NCBI GenBank assembly: GCA_015680685.1
Contig: MNCI01002045.1
Location: 573,172 to 637,171, forward strand
Length of the DNA stretch: 64,000 nucleotides
From: Gnetum montanum
Lineage: Eukaryota; Plantae; Gnetophyta
Reading direction: 5' to 3'
Shown piece after piece: positions 24,600-38,823 of the stretch; the first letter of the stretch is position 1; each line of letters starts with the position of its first letter. The notes under the pieces are model-generated. The model was not told the origin of the DNA. It made no database searches and saw only the letters and a list, made by a program, of their open reading frames with translations. The position numbers were made by a program, and so were the translations under genes.

Positions 24600-27402
24600 A
24601 AAAATTTTAAAAAATTTTCTATCTCAAAACATAGGTTTGATGTCTCCATGACATAAAGGGTATCTTTGGTAGTTTAGGGTTCAAAGAACAAGTAAATTTA
24701 GGTAAGTGGTTTGAAAGTTAGAGCTCATAGAAGGTTTTTCAGCCACTAGGAAGTTGGTGGATGTAGGAAGTTGCTTATCGGCTATGAATTCCAAGGAGAT
24801 AGATACTGGCACTACTACTATGACCCATTAAATGACTTGAGTGCTGAGGTAGTGTTTACTTGAATGTTCTTAGTTAAGGCTAGTTTGTCAAAAATGGAAA
24901 ATGGTACAACAATAGTTGTTGTCCCATCATCAACATGAACATGATGAACCTTGTACTTGCCAACATGTATAGTAATGAGAAGAGGTGCAGGCAAAACTTC
25001 TTCATTTTGAGAGTTAATCTTCACATCACTATCATAAACATTGGGCATGGATTAATGCCTATTTTCCATATGTGAAGCTTGCTCAATGATAGAGTGAATT
25101 GAATATTTGTTGGCTTGCATGTCCCTACTCATAGGGATAGAGATTAACACATGAGCTAGTGCATCTCTTTAAGTAGGAGAATTCATGACTAGGTCATACA
25201 AGCTCAATGATTTGTCTTTTGTTTCAAGGGCCATTTAGTTTGTTCCATTGTTGTTAGAAAATTATTTTCCTTGGTGTGTGACCTTTTAACCTTAGTGGCC
25301 TTAACTTCCTCCATTATTCCTAGATTTTATGGCTTAGGTTTTAGTGCATGTGCCTTAGGCCCCTTGTCCATGGGTGTAGCTAATCCTAGCATAGTTTTAG
25401 GTAGGTCAACTTGCTTTGAGCCTTTTTATCGTTGGTTACCTTCAATGGCCTTTGTTGTTGGTTTGGTAATAGGTTGTTTTTGTCACCATTGTGATGATGG
25501 TTTCATGCTAACTATTGAGTTGTTAGCCACTATAGGTGGGCTTCGATCATGAATTATTGCAATTTTTCTTGCTAAAGGTGAAGGGACCTAGATAATAAAT
25601 GGTTTCTTAGGATTTGAAGGATCGATAACTTGTGGATTATGTTGTAATGTTGATGCTACTAAAGGGGGAACACGTTTGATGAAATACTTCTTAGGAGTTA
25701 GAGGAGGTGATACTCATATGATGAAGGGCTCTATAGGCTTTATGTTTTGGAGCTGAGGTGACACATTGATGACAAATGGTTTCCTAGGAGGAGTAGACCA
25801 TTTGGTTTCTATGACTTAGGCTATAATATAAGAGTTATTGTTGGCACTTGGAGAGTTAAGCTCATTCAACACTAACTTTCTATAGTCTATCATCTTCTTA
25901 GGTCATCCTTTAATACTAAGAAAAAATTGATGTCATGAACAACCATTTGATGATAATGGAAATACCTTTCTAGTCTAAAGTACTTGGGAAGATTGGAATC
26001 ATCCTTGGTTGCTATTGTTGGGCCTCTAGCTATGTTGCAAAGATGATCATGCCTCCTACAAGCCTCCTTAGGCAATTGCTTATGTTGTATATGATTGTCT
26101 TTAAGAAAAATTCTAAAAGTTTAAAGGGCTTCATAGACAACCTTGTGTACTTAGACCTATCGTTCTATCCAATGTTTGATCTTGGTTGATTTGGAGCATA
26201 GGAAGTGGATGGCTACCATGAGTGGAAAGGTGTGTTGCATGGCAGTGATGCCCACCTCTCTTCTTATTTTGACTCTTTTATTACTATGGCTACAATTGTA
26301 TGTTCATTCTTGGTTTTATTGCTATGTCTTCTCATGTGTTGATTTTTATATGCCACATAGGCTAGATCATTGCTAGGCATGCCCATTGGTAAGGTTATTT
26401 GAGACATAGTAGGGCTTATAGGATCATCCCGGTAAAGTTCTAGAACCTTGATTGTTTGAGTTGTATTCCCCTTGAGTTTTCATAGCTTCTTGATAAGGTA
26501 TTGGATCATTTGAAAGGATTAATCCAAGTTTAGGGTTATCCTTGTGGGTTGCAGTATTTGTATTAATGGTTGAGAGGGAAGTTTTGAGGCTTGGGATTGT
26601 GTGATTGGTATTGATGTAGGTGGAAGAGGTTGAGTAACCATCATTGTAGGTGGGTTGAACTAGGAGAAAAGGTTTGACTTGGGATATGTGGTACAAAATA
26701 GGGAAAGGGAGTATGAGAGGCTTGTGGTTTTTAAGGCCCCTATGAGGGTCTTGCTAATATGATAAAGGAAGATGGTGAGGTAGACATCATTGGGGGAAAG
26801 TGCATAGGACAAAGTTGTATTGTAAAGGGCATGGATGAGAATAAGGAGGTGGACTAAAACATAAGTTGTGGTTGGTGTATGGAAATGATGGAGGTAGATC
26901 CAAACATGGCAAGATAGAAAAGAGGGAAGGGTTGAGAGATCAATCCTATGGAAGAGCCAAGGGAGGTCAAATTGGGTATAGTGGCTCAGGGAGCTAATTA
27001 TTGAAAAAGGATTTAAATAAAGTTGTTAGGTTTAGGTTGAACCTTGAATTTGTCATGCTCTTCATGGTGATCCTCTGAGTTGGCCTTCTTACTTTGCTCA
27101 TCGGTCTTAATTAACTGGGATAGTATGCAAGTGTGAATGTTGTTCAATGGTATTTTGTTGTATGGGGAAGGAATGTGCTCCTTTCCATTTCGGTGAATCA
27201 ACTCATACTCATGTTTGGACTTAGTTTCCACCTATGGAATAAGTAAGATAGCTTGGATTTTGGTACAAGGGAAGTTGTAGTACTCTTCATTTATTATGGA
27301 AAAATCCAAGCTCTATCTACTTTCTCCAAGTGATTGCTTATGCTTAGCCACAGTTGGATCTTTTGGGTCATACACCCTCATTGCATCTTGGTTGCAGGCC
27401 AT
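24600..27402 (-). pseudogene. gag: gag-protease of element D, decayed
   Basis: HEYELIHRNGKEHIPSPY, YFHYHQMVVHDINF (decayed CHHC knuckle), VHHVHVDDGTTTIVVP...LKSFNGS (retropepsin). Part of the capsid region appears deleted. Confidence 0.88.
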
Positions 27403-28169
27403 GTCTATAAAGTTAATGGGCAAAAAAATTAATTTACTAAAAGGCATTGACTATAATTTAACTTTGGTTTTATTTTTTAATTAATTAAGTAAAAATTCTA
27501 GCAAGTGGAATTGCCCAAGGTGTACATAATTTTAGTTGTAAAAATTGTTAAAACTGCAACTATAGGTGTAGTGGAAGTTATAGAAGTAGTGGTATGGACT
27601 GCACTTGGAAAAATATGGTAATTTTAATTTTGGAAAAAATAACCATGTTGGCTTTGCGAGTAAGAACTATGTTAGGGAGTAAGTGTAAATGTTTATTTTT
27701 CCCAGAAAAACTACACTAGGATTATTTCCACTTGAAAGTGTAAGCTAGTTTTTAAATGGTATATGAAAAATGTTGATTTTTCCAAGAACTATGTTGAAGT
27801 CTTGGGAATAACCATGTTGGCTTTTCCCACCAAATTTTATAGTAGGGTGATAAGGTTGTTGAGGAAAAACTACATTGACCTTTACAACATCCAAAGGTAG
27901 GTTTTAGCAAGGAAACGTGACAAGCTTTGTAGGAAACCATGCTAGCTTTATGAAGTTAAAAAACTACTTTGAAGATTTTGGAAACACCCAAATCACCTAT
28001 AATTGATACACTAGGTATTGGTTGCAGAAAATGGATAGCAACATTGGTTTTCTTGGCATAGATTTTTTGTAGGTTTTAAAAACTTTTAATGTAGGTTGAA
28101 ATGTTTTAATTTGTAAAAATTATTTTCAAATGGGACAAAGAAAGATTGGATGAAAAATTTGGGTGGAGG

Positions 28170-28186
28170 CCCTCCTTCTAGCACTA
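28170..28186 (-). promoter_or_regulatory. PBS (tRNA-Asn) of D
   Basis: Minus strand TAGTGCTAGAAGGAGGG, 5 nt from the LTR end. Confidence 0.85.
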
Positions 28187-28191
28187 GAAAC

Positions 28192-29526
28192 TATAACACT
28201 TGAAACATTTGGTTGCTGGAAAACAAAAAATTTTAGGTGGAATAGCTTAACCTTGGATCCTAATGGCCTTTGAGAAAGAGGATTGAAGGTGCCCTAAATG
28301 GTCTTGTCGATCACCTAGGGACTTAGGAAGTGTAAATAATTTAAATAAAAATTGCAAATGCACATTAAGAAAATGCACAGAAATGAATTATAAATAAATT
28401 TGCACAAGAAATGAACTACAAGATTTTTTACAATAATAAAATATTAAAAATAAAGAGCTTAACATGTATACAAATTGTATGCCTAAATGCACAAGGAATT
28501 GCATGGATGAAGCTAAAAACCTATTGAAGCTGGTAGGTTATGCTTTGTAGTCAGCCCCACAATCCAAGTACTTCCTAGCTTTGATTAGCAAAGCTCCTTG
28601 TGGGTGCTTAGCTAGGATTTATAGCATTAGGGACCAAGTATGTAAATGATGTTCTTGACCTTTTGTAATTTTGGAACTATGCTAGGAGTCTCCAATGCCT
28701 AGTTAGTCTCCAATGTGTTGTAAAAAAAGTCTCATAAATGTCAATGCTTTTAAGTGCTCAAGGTTGCATAAGGTGTGGAGCCAAGAAAATTTTTTGATTG
28801 AAGAATCTTTTGTTGAACCTATGTAATGTGTTCAAATTTAGCTTTTATATGCTATATGGTTGCTAATTTGTGGTTGCAAATCTCTACATGACTATTGATA
28901 GATCGATGTATTTTTTAGGTGTGACAGGCCTTTATTTTTAGCATAGTTTTCTATTTTTGGTAAGTTTTGATGTACATAGGCCATCAAAACTATGTTGGAT
29001 ACCATAAATAGTAAATGGATTTTGTAACTATGATGGCTTTACCCAACTACATTAGCCTCATGGGAGTTATGATGGCTTTCTAGGATCCATGCTGGCATTG
29101 CTAAAAGTATGATAGCCTTGTGGAACCACATTGAAATTATTGGAACTATGCTAAGAGTTATGAAAAACATGTTGACCATTGTTGGGAAAATGAAAACCCA
29201 ACAACTTGAATGCTAAGTGTAGGTGGTTCTAGCATAGTTTTGAATATGGCTAACATAAAAACTATGAAAACACCAAATTTGGCAATTGTCAAGGCATTTT
29301 CAATCTTTCCAAGCTTGAATATGGACATGAAATAAATTTTTTCACATGGGAAATGAGGCTACGACAAATTATGAGGCATTTTTTAGCCCAAAAAGTATAA
29401 AGTATGTAAGATTGCAACTCATGGACTACAAACATTACATTTTACAATGAAAATCTAGCCACAAGTTCAATGGTGAAGGTTACAATGCCAAAAAGTTACA
29501 ACATGAATTTTCTTGATGGTGTTTTA
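28192..29526 (-). repeat. 5' LTR of D
   Basis: Minus strand begins TAAAACACCATCAAGAAAATTCATGTTGTAAC (cf. F at 58878) and ends GTGTTATA; both termini are deaminated from TG/CA. Confidence 0.88.
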
Positions 29527-29661
29527 GTAGCCTATAGGTCCTTTCCAGCACTTACAATTTTCTCTCTTTGAGTATTTTTACTTAGTTTTATTTCTTGTTC
29601 TCATTTGCACTTGATCCTTGTTTCTACTTGTAGGTTTGTGCAAGAGACTCTCTTTGATACC

Positions 29662-32600
29662 ATGATAGGGCAAGGATTTAAGTCCTCCTAGAGCTTTTAG
29701 ATTTGTAAGTTGATGGAAATGGGGAAAGCTTAGGTACTTATAGTACCCATGATGTAGCATGGCTATAAAGTTGCATGCACAAAAAGGAAACTAAGAATTG
29801 AACTCCTTGAAAATGAGCTAATGAGAATAACTAGATATGAGGTAGATCCAAGCATAATCCAAGCTATCCTATCAAGCTCACCCGGTCTAAGAAAGCCACA
29901 CTGGTAGACTATTTGCTTAGTACAGATGAAATATAGGCCATGGAAAGTGACATTGGGAAACATCTCATTGAGAACCCTAATATTAATGTTAACAACTAAA
30001 ATTTCTAGTTTCATGATGAGAAAAGTGAGAAAAGTTAAGATATCAATGTTCATGATGGTGATGAGGAAAAGACTTCTCATGTTACTCTTCCTATAGATTT
30101 TTTTCATCCATCAAATACGATCATAACACAATGCATGAACCTCGTTAGCTTCTCTCACTACCTACTTCAATTAACCCCATTATCATGATTCTACTAGTAG
30201 CTAGTAAGTCATCCACGTATAATCTCTTTCCAAATACTAGTGTTATTAATGCATGATTCTATCTTTCAAATCCCAATTTAATGTTAATTTTTTCTCAACC
30301 AATATCACATATGCGAAAGACTTAATTAGTAGAAGTGTCACTACCATTTTTTTCACCTATGTAGCATGTACCCTAGTATCATGCACGTCAAATTTCCATA
30401 TGAGACAATATACCAATGCAACCATTTTTACCATTTTGTAACCTCATTTGTGGTAATCGTATAGTTCTATTAATTTTTGGTGTTTCACCTATGGTAATGC
30501 TCTTATCGCGAGACCTCATATCTAGGCTCTAAGTGAATGAAGAATAAACATAAAAAGCCATAGCATTGCATGGGGGTAGTTTCATCATCTCTATTACACA
30601 TTTTCCTTTCAATCCTATTAGTCCTTTGGTCTTCCCTGCTCAAGCTTTCAAAGGCATTTAATTGCCAAATTTTTCTACATATAACAAAGAATCTGATTAG
30701 ATGAACCATGTTATTACCTTCTGTAATGTATGGATGCTACTTGACAATTATCCCCACACCATCCTTAGAAGATTTTTAAACTCCGTGATTGGCAAAGTAC
30801 TTGAATGGTATAGATCACTCCCCCATGCATCTATCATATCCTTAGAAAAACTCTTCACTACCTTTGTGAAGAGTTTCAAATATAATATCATTAAGGATGG
30901 TACTTTGCCAAACCTCCTAAAAATTAAGCAAGCTTCCAATGAATCTATCTTCAAGTTCATCTCTAGGTGGACATCAGCAACCATAGAACTTACACATTAA
31001 TTACCTAACAACTAGTTACTAGACATTTTTGAAGAAGATATGAATGATTATAGTAGAAGAAAGTTGATCTACCCCTTTCTTGTTTGCCTTCATGATGCAA
31101 TAACCTCCACAATGTATATTAAGGAGGTGAATATTCAACACAATGATCCAAAGTGGTTCAAATTCAAGAACAAAGAAAATAAAGTAGCAAGTAAAGACAA
31201 GTAGACCCAAAATACTTATCAGATGGTGGCTTTGGTAAACCAAAATATAATAGGCTCATCATCAAATAGTGAAGTCAATGATGTAAGGAAGAACATGAGC
31301 CCCAACCTGATGTATGACAGTGGTGGGTAAAATACATTCAACAATGGAGGACAACCAAGGAGGCCACCAAAATACCAATCCAAGTACCATAAATTCTCAA
31401 TCAAGTACACTCAAATATATAGTATACTACTTAAGGATTGATGCATAATGCCTAAGTATATTTTAGAACAAATGAGGGTACCATTCAAAAGTCTTTAAAC
31501 CTTGGCCATTGATCATTCCAAACATATGGAAGGAGATCCATTAGTTTCTAAGTGGTACAATCCTAATAAGTTTTTCTAATATTATGAATCTTGAGGATTG
31601 TAACACCCTTGAAGATGGCATTCAAGTATTAGTAGAGAAAGGAATAATTGTGTTCAATACTATCATCCAATCCAATAACTAAAATGTGCAAATTCATTAG
31701 GATCCTCTAAATTTCCATTCAAGGAGAACTTCAGCCTTCCACATGGGATCCAAAGAAAATCATCTATAAGCCCTCTTTGTTGTCCAAATGGATTCTTTCT
31801 ATTACCAATCTTCATCATCCTCTTATTTTATCCCATCAAGCTATAAGAAGATTTTGATAATTAATCTTCATTGGAATGATGTCAATGCCTCTCCTCCCTA
31901 GAATGTAGGAAGGGCTCCATTAGTATCTAATATGACTTCTTACTATGATGAAGTTCCTATGACATTCTAGTCTATTTTCTCTTATCCTCTCTCTTGCATA
32001 AGAAAGAGAGTTCCCATGCTTACTCACCTTGTTCATTATCCTCTTGTCTTGCCCTAGGCCATGCATCCACCATATCATTCTTTATCTCCACCAAAATTAC
32101 AAGAGCCTTCCTTGATCCCTACTTCTACTTCATCCATTAGAATTCTCAAAAGGACTGAAAAGGAGACACTAGTTAATGATAAGGAGAAAGATATGAAAAT
32201 GGCTATGAAGACAAAAAAAAAATTCATTTCAAGATGCATCAAATGAAAATCCTGCTACTTCCATTATCATCTCAACTTCATGAACCACATTTCCCCTACG
32301 CCAGCTTCCAAAACTATAACTTCTAAAAATAAGGCTACACCTCAAATTACCATTACCATGAAGTTAATAGGGATAATTATTTTTCTAATTGACCTCATTT
32401 CCACATTCACAAAACATTATTTGGTGTTGAAGGAAGTGATAAAATCCATCATGGTGCCTTTGGACATTTAGCTCCATGTTCATGTGATCTCATCAATGCT
32501 CAATCCTTTGTGTTATGAAGCTAACTATTTAATCTTTAAGAAAGAGAACATCAAAACACATCCTGTGATGGATGTTATGTATTAGCCTCTATTTTATCAC

Positions 32601-33220
32601 ATCTATGGATTTGAAAAAACATGTTGCTACAATTAGTACATGTGGATGATATATTCAGAACCAATGTCATATCATGGATAGTCATTAAGCATTCTAACCT
32701 TCAAAAATAGATTATGTACTCTAAGTGCAACTCCTCTCTAGTTTTATTTATTGATGCTAGAGTAGAAATCATATGAACAAGAAAATTATCTTTTTCTATA
32801 GGTAGTATGATTGAATTTAAAATTGTATTTTCTATTAGAGATTCATTCGAAATTAATACTATTTGAGGATAACCTTGGTTAGCATATCATCATGCTATTT
32901 CATCACCCTTGCATTAAGAAATATACTTCCCTTGCAAGGATAGACAAATAGTCTTGAGTAATGATATTGAAATCTTAGCTATTTCATAATTAGATGTATT
33001 GGAAGAGACTAGATTAGGATTTGAACCTACTCTTGTTGGTTAGACATCCTCGACAAAAGAAAGTAATGAATTTGATGCAATCATTCATTGGTCATCTAGC
33101 ACCTACAAATTTGTAGATCTAGGATTTGATGAGTTTTACATTATTTAATTCATTAAGGGCATAAAGGTTTTCACTAGATCTGATGCTAGAAAATCCATTG
33201 ATAAGGCATCATAGTATTAA
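29662..33220 (+). pseudogene. gag: gag-protease of element E, heavily decayed
   Basis: N-terminal YKVACTKRKLRIEL..RYEV domain, GKVLEWYRSLPHASIISLEKL, and protease VHVDD..RTNVI...NTI*G*PWL remnants. Confidence 0.8.
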
Positions 33221-34209
33221 ATATTTATAGTTCTTTTCCTATTTTATCTTCATTTATCTTTTATATTTGTGTATGTTTCTTAATATGAAATGAATTTTAG
33301 CTTCCTTAGATTAGTTCAATCATTGTACTTTTTTATTTTCAATCATGTCTACTTATTTAGCATAGTCTTGCTTATCACCTTACTCTAGTATTTACTATAA
33401 TTTATTGTACATTTTATCACATTTTTTTCTAGTGTTTTCTTCATTTTTACATTGAAAAATCAAAAATTTATAATTATAGAAAATTTAAAAAAAAACTTAA
33501 AAATTTGTAAATATAGAAAACCATAAAAGCATAAATACGTAAAACAAAAATTCCATAAACAATAGTTCCATGTAACATAGTTCTCAATTTCCATGCAAAT
33601 ACATTTCAATGTAAATCTATCACATTTAGCAAAAACATATATGCTAAAGCACAACCAAAGATCCTAATATTTACTCCTCTTAATCTCATGCTTTACACTT
33701 ATAAAATTTGTCATACTCAGCTTTCAATCTTTCATACCTTAGAAATTTTTAGATTTTGGTTTTTTCTTTAAAGCTTAGAAAATTTTCTAACTCCTTTACC
33801 TTGGCTCCATGCCATATAAAATTCTTTAACTTTTTTAGGCCCTAGAAAAATTTTCCCTTACCCTACCATGAAGACTTTCCAACCTTTTTTCTCATTCTTC
33901 TAACTTAAATTTTTTTTCCATGTTCTTTGCCTTTATAAAAATTTGATACTTCTTTCTCCTCTACATGTTAGAAAATTCTCTAACTTTTCTATCTTTTCAA
34001 AACTTAGAAAATTTTCTACCTTTCTCTCCACACATAGGCAAAATTTTCATCCTTCCTCAAAACTTAGAATCTTCTTCCTATCTCTTCCTTGAAAAATTTT
34101 AATTTATTTTTTCTCTAATTCTTCTTATTTTATGGAAGAAAAATTGAAATATTTTCTAATTATTTTTCTTATTTTAATTTTTTTATATAACTATTAGTTT
34201 CTCTCTTAG

Positions 34210-36711
34210 GCTTTATAGGCCATGGATCCTAAGTTACACCATCATTTGCATGAACCACTTGCTATGGCTGGGCCTTGTGGTCGAATCTGTTAGCCTTTCA
34301 ATGAGGATTTGATCAATTTTTCATCCATTAACCCCTTAGATTCTATTATATAGACCCAAAATATCACCAAGAAATACTTAATTTCTCAAACTAACCTTCC
34401 CATATTAGATCATGAATCCATTTTGACTAATGATCCATGAAAAGAACTCACTAGAAAATATCACTGAAATGAGAAAAAGACCTTACAACTAGGGGAAAAC
34501 CTACTTGAAAACATTAAGAAATCCATTCTAAAATACACTTAGAAGAAATTCTATTTCTTTTACATGGGGATATGATGACATGCCTAGTTTTGATCCCATT
34601 CTCATCCAACATAACATCATACTTAAGGAAGGATTCAAACCTGTTAAGCAAAAAGCTTGAATATGAAGCATGTATTGGCCTTAGCCATAAAAATGAAATC
34701 ATGAAAATTTACAATGCTGGATTTATTGGTTCCATAGATTACTCTAATTAGGTATCTAACATGGTGATTATTCCTAAGATAAATGGATCTATTAAGATAT
34801 GCAGTGATTTTCATGACCTCAAATAAGTAACATTGAAAGATGATATTCTACTATCCAATATTGATCAACTTATAAACACAACGATAATTCATGTGTTATT
34901 GTTTTATGAATGGTGTTTTAGGCTACAATAAAGTTTAAATCAATCACAAGCATTAATACTTTACAACTTTCATGACCTCATGGGGGATCTTTTGTTACAT
35001 GATAATGTCTTTGGAGCTTAAGAATGCTAGAGTGACATATCAATGGATCATGATCTTCATATTTAGTGATATGATATTTAAAACAATCAATGATTATGTG
35101 GATCATCTAACAGTCAAAAATAACATCACAATTAATCATCCCACTAACTTAGACCTAGTGTTGGCTTGTTGCAACAAGTATAACCTTCACTTAAATGCCA
35201 AGAAGTATATTTTTGATGTGAAAACAAGTAAGATGTTAGGATTTATAGTTTCAAATAATGGTAGAGTTGTAGATCTTAACAAATTTAAAGCAATCATGAA
35301 CATCTCACCACCTAAGTATGTTAAGGACATGTTTATTTTGCAAGGTAGACTCTAATCCATTTATCATTTCATATGCAACCTAACTGATCAATTTCATCTC
35401 CTTTATTACTTTCTCAAGAAATCTAAAACTTTCAATTGGGACTCAAAATGTCAAGAAGATTTTGATGCAATCAAGTAGAACCTTAACAACCTTTTCATCC
35501 TTTATTCTTATCAATTTAATCTCTCTTTCTATCTCTATCTTTCTAAGTCTAATCACTCTATTGCAACCATGATTTACCAATGATGTGAAGATGGTGTTGA
35601 TCTTCCTATCTATTACATTTCTTATCCTTTATTTGATTGTAAAAAACATTAAATGGACATAGAAAAATATTTCTTAGGCCTAGTCTTTGCATTTAAGAAA
35701 TGGAGACATTACCTATGAGGGACAAAGGTTCATGCCATTTTCCGAGACAATGTTTTATGATCTATTGCTATCAATTCATATGATAATAACTACCTGTCGA
35801 AATGGAAAATTATTTTAACCAAATTTGATTTATCCTACCTTGCATAATAGTGGATTAAGGAATAATTCATCATGGATATACTTACATTGGCTCAACTCTA
35901 TGAACCATTTGTTGTAGCCATTCAACCTCCCCTTGAGAAATTATGTAAGGAAGAGGTAATCCCTCCTCTAACTATAATGTTGAAACATAAGGATTTTGAT
36001 TGATATTTGTATTTTGATGGTATGCATATAGCCTAAGTTTTAAGTATGAATAGTATTCTAAATTGCTAAGGTATGAATCTAATTTATCAAACTTATAAAT
36101 TTGATCTTCCATATACTCAAAATGTGGGAAAATATGAAGGTTGCAAACAAGATATGCTTTTATTCTTTTTACTTGGAACCAAAAGACTTTGTGTGCATGG
36201 TGATTCCCAATTGGTTATACACTAGGAAAATAAAAAATATTCTTGTAAAACTGAACATATTTAACATTATTTAGACGTAGCAAAAAAATTGATTTCTTGG
36301 TTTGACAAATGCTTACTCACACATATCTACTATTCAAAAAACATTCTTGCTAATGTGATATTGACCTTTTCTCTTCTTTTCAATCCTACTTTACTCAAGG
36401 ATTATTATCTCATTCAATACAAGATACACCTATTATGGTTATGGATACATAACACATTATCTTAGTTAACTTAGACGAAGATGAACATATGTCTTATTCA
36501 AAAAAGGATGCTATCTGTAAACATTTTAAAAATTTTTATATTGTTGATCCTAGTATTTTATGTCACCTATCTATGTTAGACATTCTTTTACATCAACTAA
36601 GTAAGGAAAAAACACAAAACGTGTTAGAACAAGTTCATTCTAGCATATGTGGAGGTCATTTAGGCTCATGATCTATACTACCTTGTATCATTTCATTAGG
36701 TTACTAGTGGC
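34210..36711 (+). pseudogene. pol: pol of E (RT-RH-aRH-integrase N-terminus)
   Basis: MTSWGIFCYMIMSLELKNARVTYQ, DYVDHL, aRH YLYFDG...HGDSQLVI, integrase VHSSICGGHLG. Confidence 0.9.
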
Positions 36712-38016
36712 TAAAAAATCACCTAGAAAATTCATTTTGTAACTTGTAACCTTCATCACCCAACTTGACATAAGATCTTATTGTAAATGTAATGTTTGTA
36801 GCCCATGAACTACAATCTTGCATATTTTAACTTTTTGGGGTTGAAAAATACCTCATAAGTTGCTACTACCTCACTTTCCAAATGGAAAAATTCTATCATG
36901 TCTATATATGGGCTTGGGAAGGCTAAAAATGCCTTGGCTATAGTTAAATTTGGCATTTTAAAGGGTTTTTGTTTAGGTACAGCCTCGACTACGATGGAAC
37001 CATCTACCCCTAGCATAGATGGTGTTTGGTTTTCATTTTCCAACATAACCTAGTGCAGTCACCACAAAACCCAACATAGCTGCACACATCCAACATTGGT
37101 ATTGTTGGGTTTTCCATTTTCCCAACAATGGCCAATGTAGGCATAACTATCTTCCAGTGGTGGTAGCATTGCTAGCATGGTCATCATGGATTTCTAGCAG
37201 CTATAGTTTGGCCAACNCAAAACTTGCTATAAATGGTCAACTTTGTTGAAAACCATAGTCATTACACCTAAAAATAAACATCAATTGGTCAACAATCAAG
37301 GCAAAAATTTGTAGCATGAAATCAACAACCTCAAGCCTACAAAAGCCAAACATAAACACATAATTCAGGTTTTAAACATTTTTTCTTGGAAAATTCCAAA
37401 AATAATTTTGTTTTAAACATTTCTTCAATTAAGAAACCTAGCAACCTTTACAACCTCAAGCATTTTACACGCTTTTTTGCACTTGTAAGACTTTTGGGAA
37501 GTAACTGGAATCTACTTGAGCACTAGAGACTCTTAGCATAGTCCCATTACCACCAAAGTCAAACATCATTATTTACATCGTGAACACCCAAGTGTTGCTA
37601 ACATGAATAGAAACCATCAAGGAGATGTACGAGATTGGTGTTGGAAAGTACTTGGATTGTGGAGTTTGATTGCAGAACACAACTTGCTAGCTTCAATAGG
37701 ATTCAACCTTCATCCAAGTTAGCTTCTTGTGTATTTGAGCAACCATTTGTACTTCTTGAAATTTATACTTTTATTCAATGAAGTTTTTAGTGTATTTGTA
37801 GTGTAGATATAGTTTCAAGTTTAATTCTCTATTTATTTATTTTCATTCGAATCTACAATTTTATTTTTCCATTTACACTTTGTAAGTCCTAGGGTGATCG
37901 AAAAGACTATCCAGGGTGCCTAGGATCTTATTTCTTTGAGGATCTTGGGATCCAAGGTTAAGCTATTGCACCTAGGATTTTTGGTTTTCTATTGACCAAA
38001 TTTTCTAGGTGGTATA
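36712..38016 (+). repeat. 5' LTR of B
   Basis: Aligns with 56946-58390 apart from ~140 bp missing at the 'n' (37217); termini deaminated (TA...TA). Confidence 0.92.
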
Positions 38017-38021
38017 GGTTT

Positions 38022-38038
38022 TGATGCCAAAAGGAGGG
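38022..38038 (+). promoter_or_regulatory. PBS (tRNA-Asn, degenerate) of B
   Basis: TGATGCCAAAAGGAGGG, 5 nt after the LTR. Confidence 0.8.
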
Positions 38039-38823
38039 CCTTCCCTCAAATTATCAGCCCAAAAAACCTATTTCAAAATTTTGCAAAATATTTTCAAACA
38101 TTTTTTTAAAAACCAATTATTACATATTCTAAACCTTAAAACCTACAAACCTTGAACTTCAAAAACCAATGTTGGTGTCCTAGTTCCCATCCACAATACC
38201 CAACATAGTTATGGTTGGTGATTTGAGTGTTTACTACATTTTCAAAGTAGCTGCTAGATACTTTGAAACTATTGTAGTCAATACCAAAACCTCTAATTTT
38301 TGCCAATTGAAACCTATGTTTGACACCTAACAACCACTGTAGATCATTTGAAAATCCAAATGTACATGTTGTGTAATTTTGCAGGACAAAGATAATGTAG
38401 ACACTACTAGGACTATAGCATAGTCTTTAGAAGATCCAAGATTTTGACAATTTATTGCTTAAAACCAATGTAGACATACTTTGAATGAAAACCCCTAGCT
38501 TGGTTTTACCAAGTAAAAATCCATTTTCCACCATCTACCTTAGTGTAGTTGGCTAGAAAATACTATGTTCTACTGCACACTTCATAGCGTAGATCTTGCC
38601 TAGTGTAGTTGGTGTTACCAACTTGAACACCATAACACCATTTTTCTAAGTGTAGTATATACCATTTATACTATAGTAGCAATGTCAACCATTTTTTCCA
38701 TTTATAGTCAACTACTCCATTGGGCAATCCCAACTTACTAAAATTTTTACTTAAAATAGTAAAATGTCTAAAAAAACATCTTTGATAATGCCTTTCATTA
38801 AGTCCGCAATTTTGCCTATAGAT

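Larger units (their letters stand above)
21745..29526 (-). mobile_element. Element D: Tat-type gypsy, 5' part (LTR, PBS, gag-PR, extra sense ORF), interrupted by A
   Basis: LTR 28192-29526 is related to the B/F LTRs; tRNA-Asn PBS; gag N-terminus closely similar to B. Confidence 0.85.
29527..36711 (+). mobile_element. Element E (oldest layer): Tat-type gypsy internal region; continues at 58391-58877
   Basis: gag-PR, ~1-kb AT-rich spacer, then RT-RH-aRH-INT. The integrase frame GY*W|PTMSKDA rejoins across element B. Confidence 0.88.

Noticed and set aside
29578-30107. Minus-strand ORFs resembling a separate antisense or LINE-ORF1-like gene
   Set aside because: The plus strand encodes E's conserved Gag N-terminal domain; these are shadow ORFs.
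37200-37230. ~140-bp deletion in B's 5' LTR relative to its 3' LTR
   Set aside because: Coincides with an ambiguous 'n' base and may be an assembly gap. Another 'n' is at 13208.
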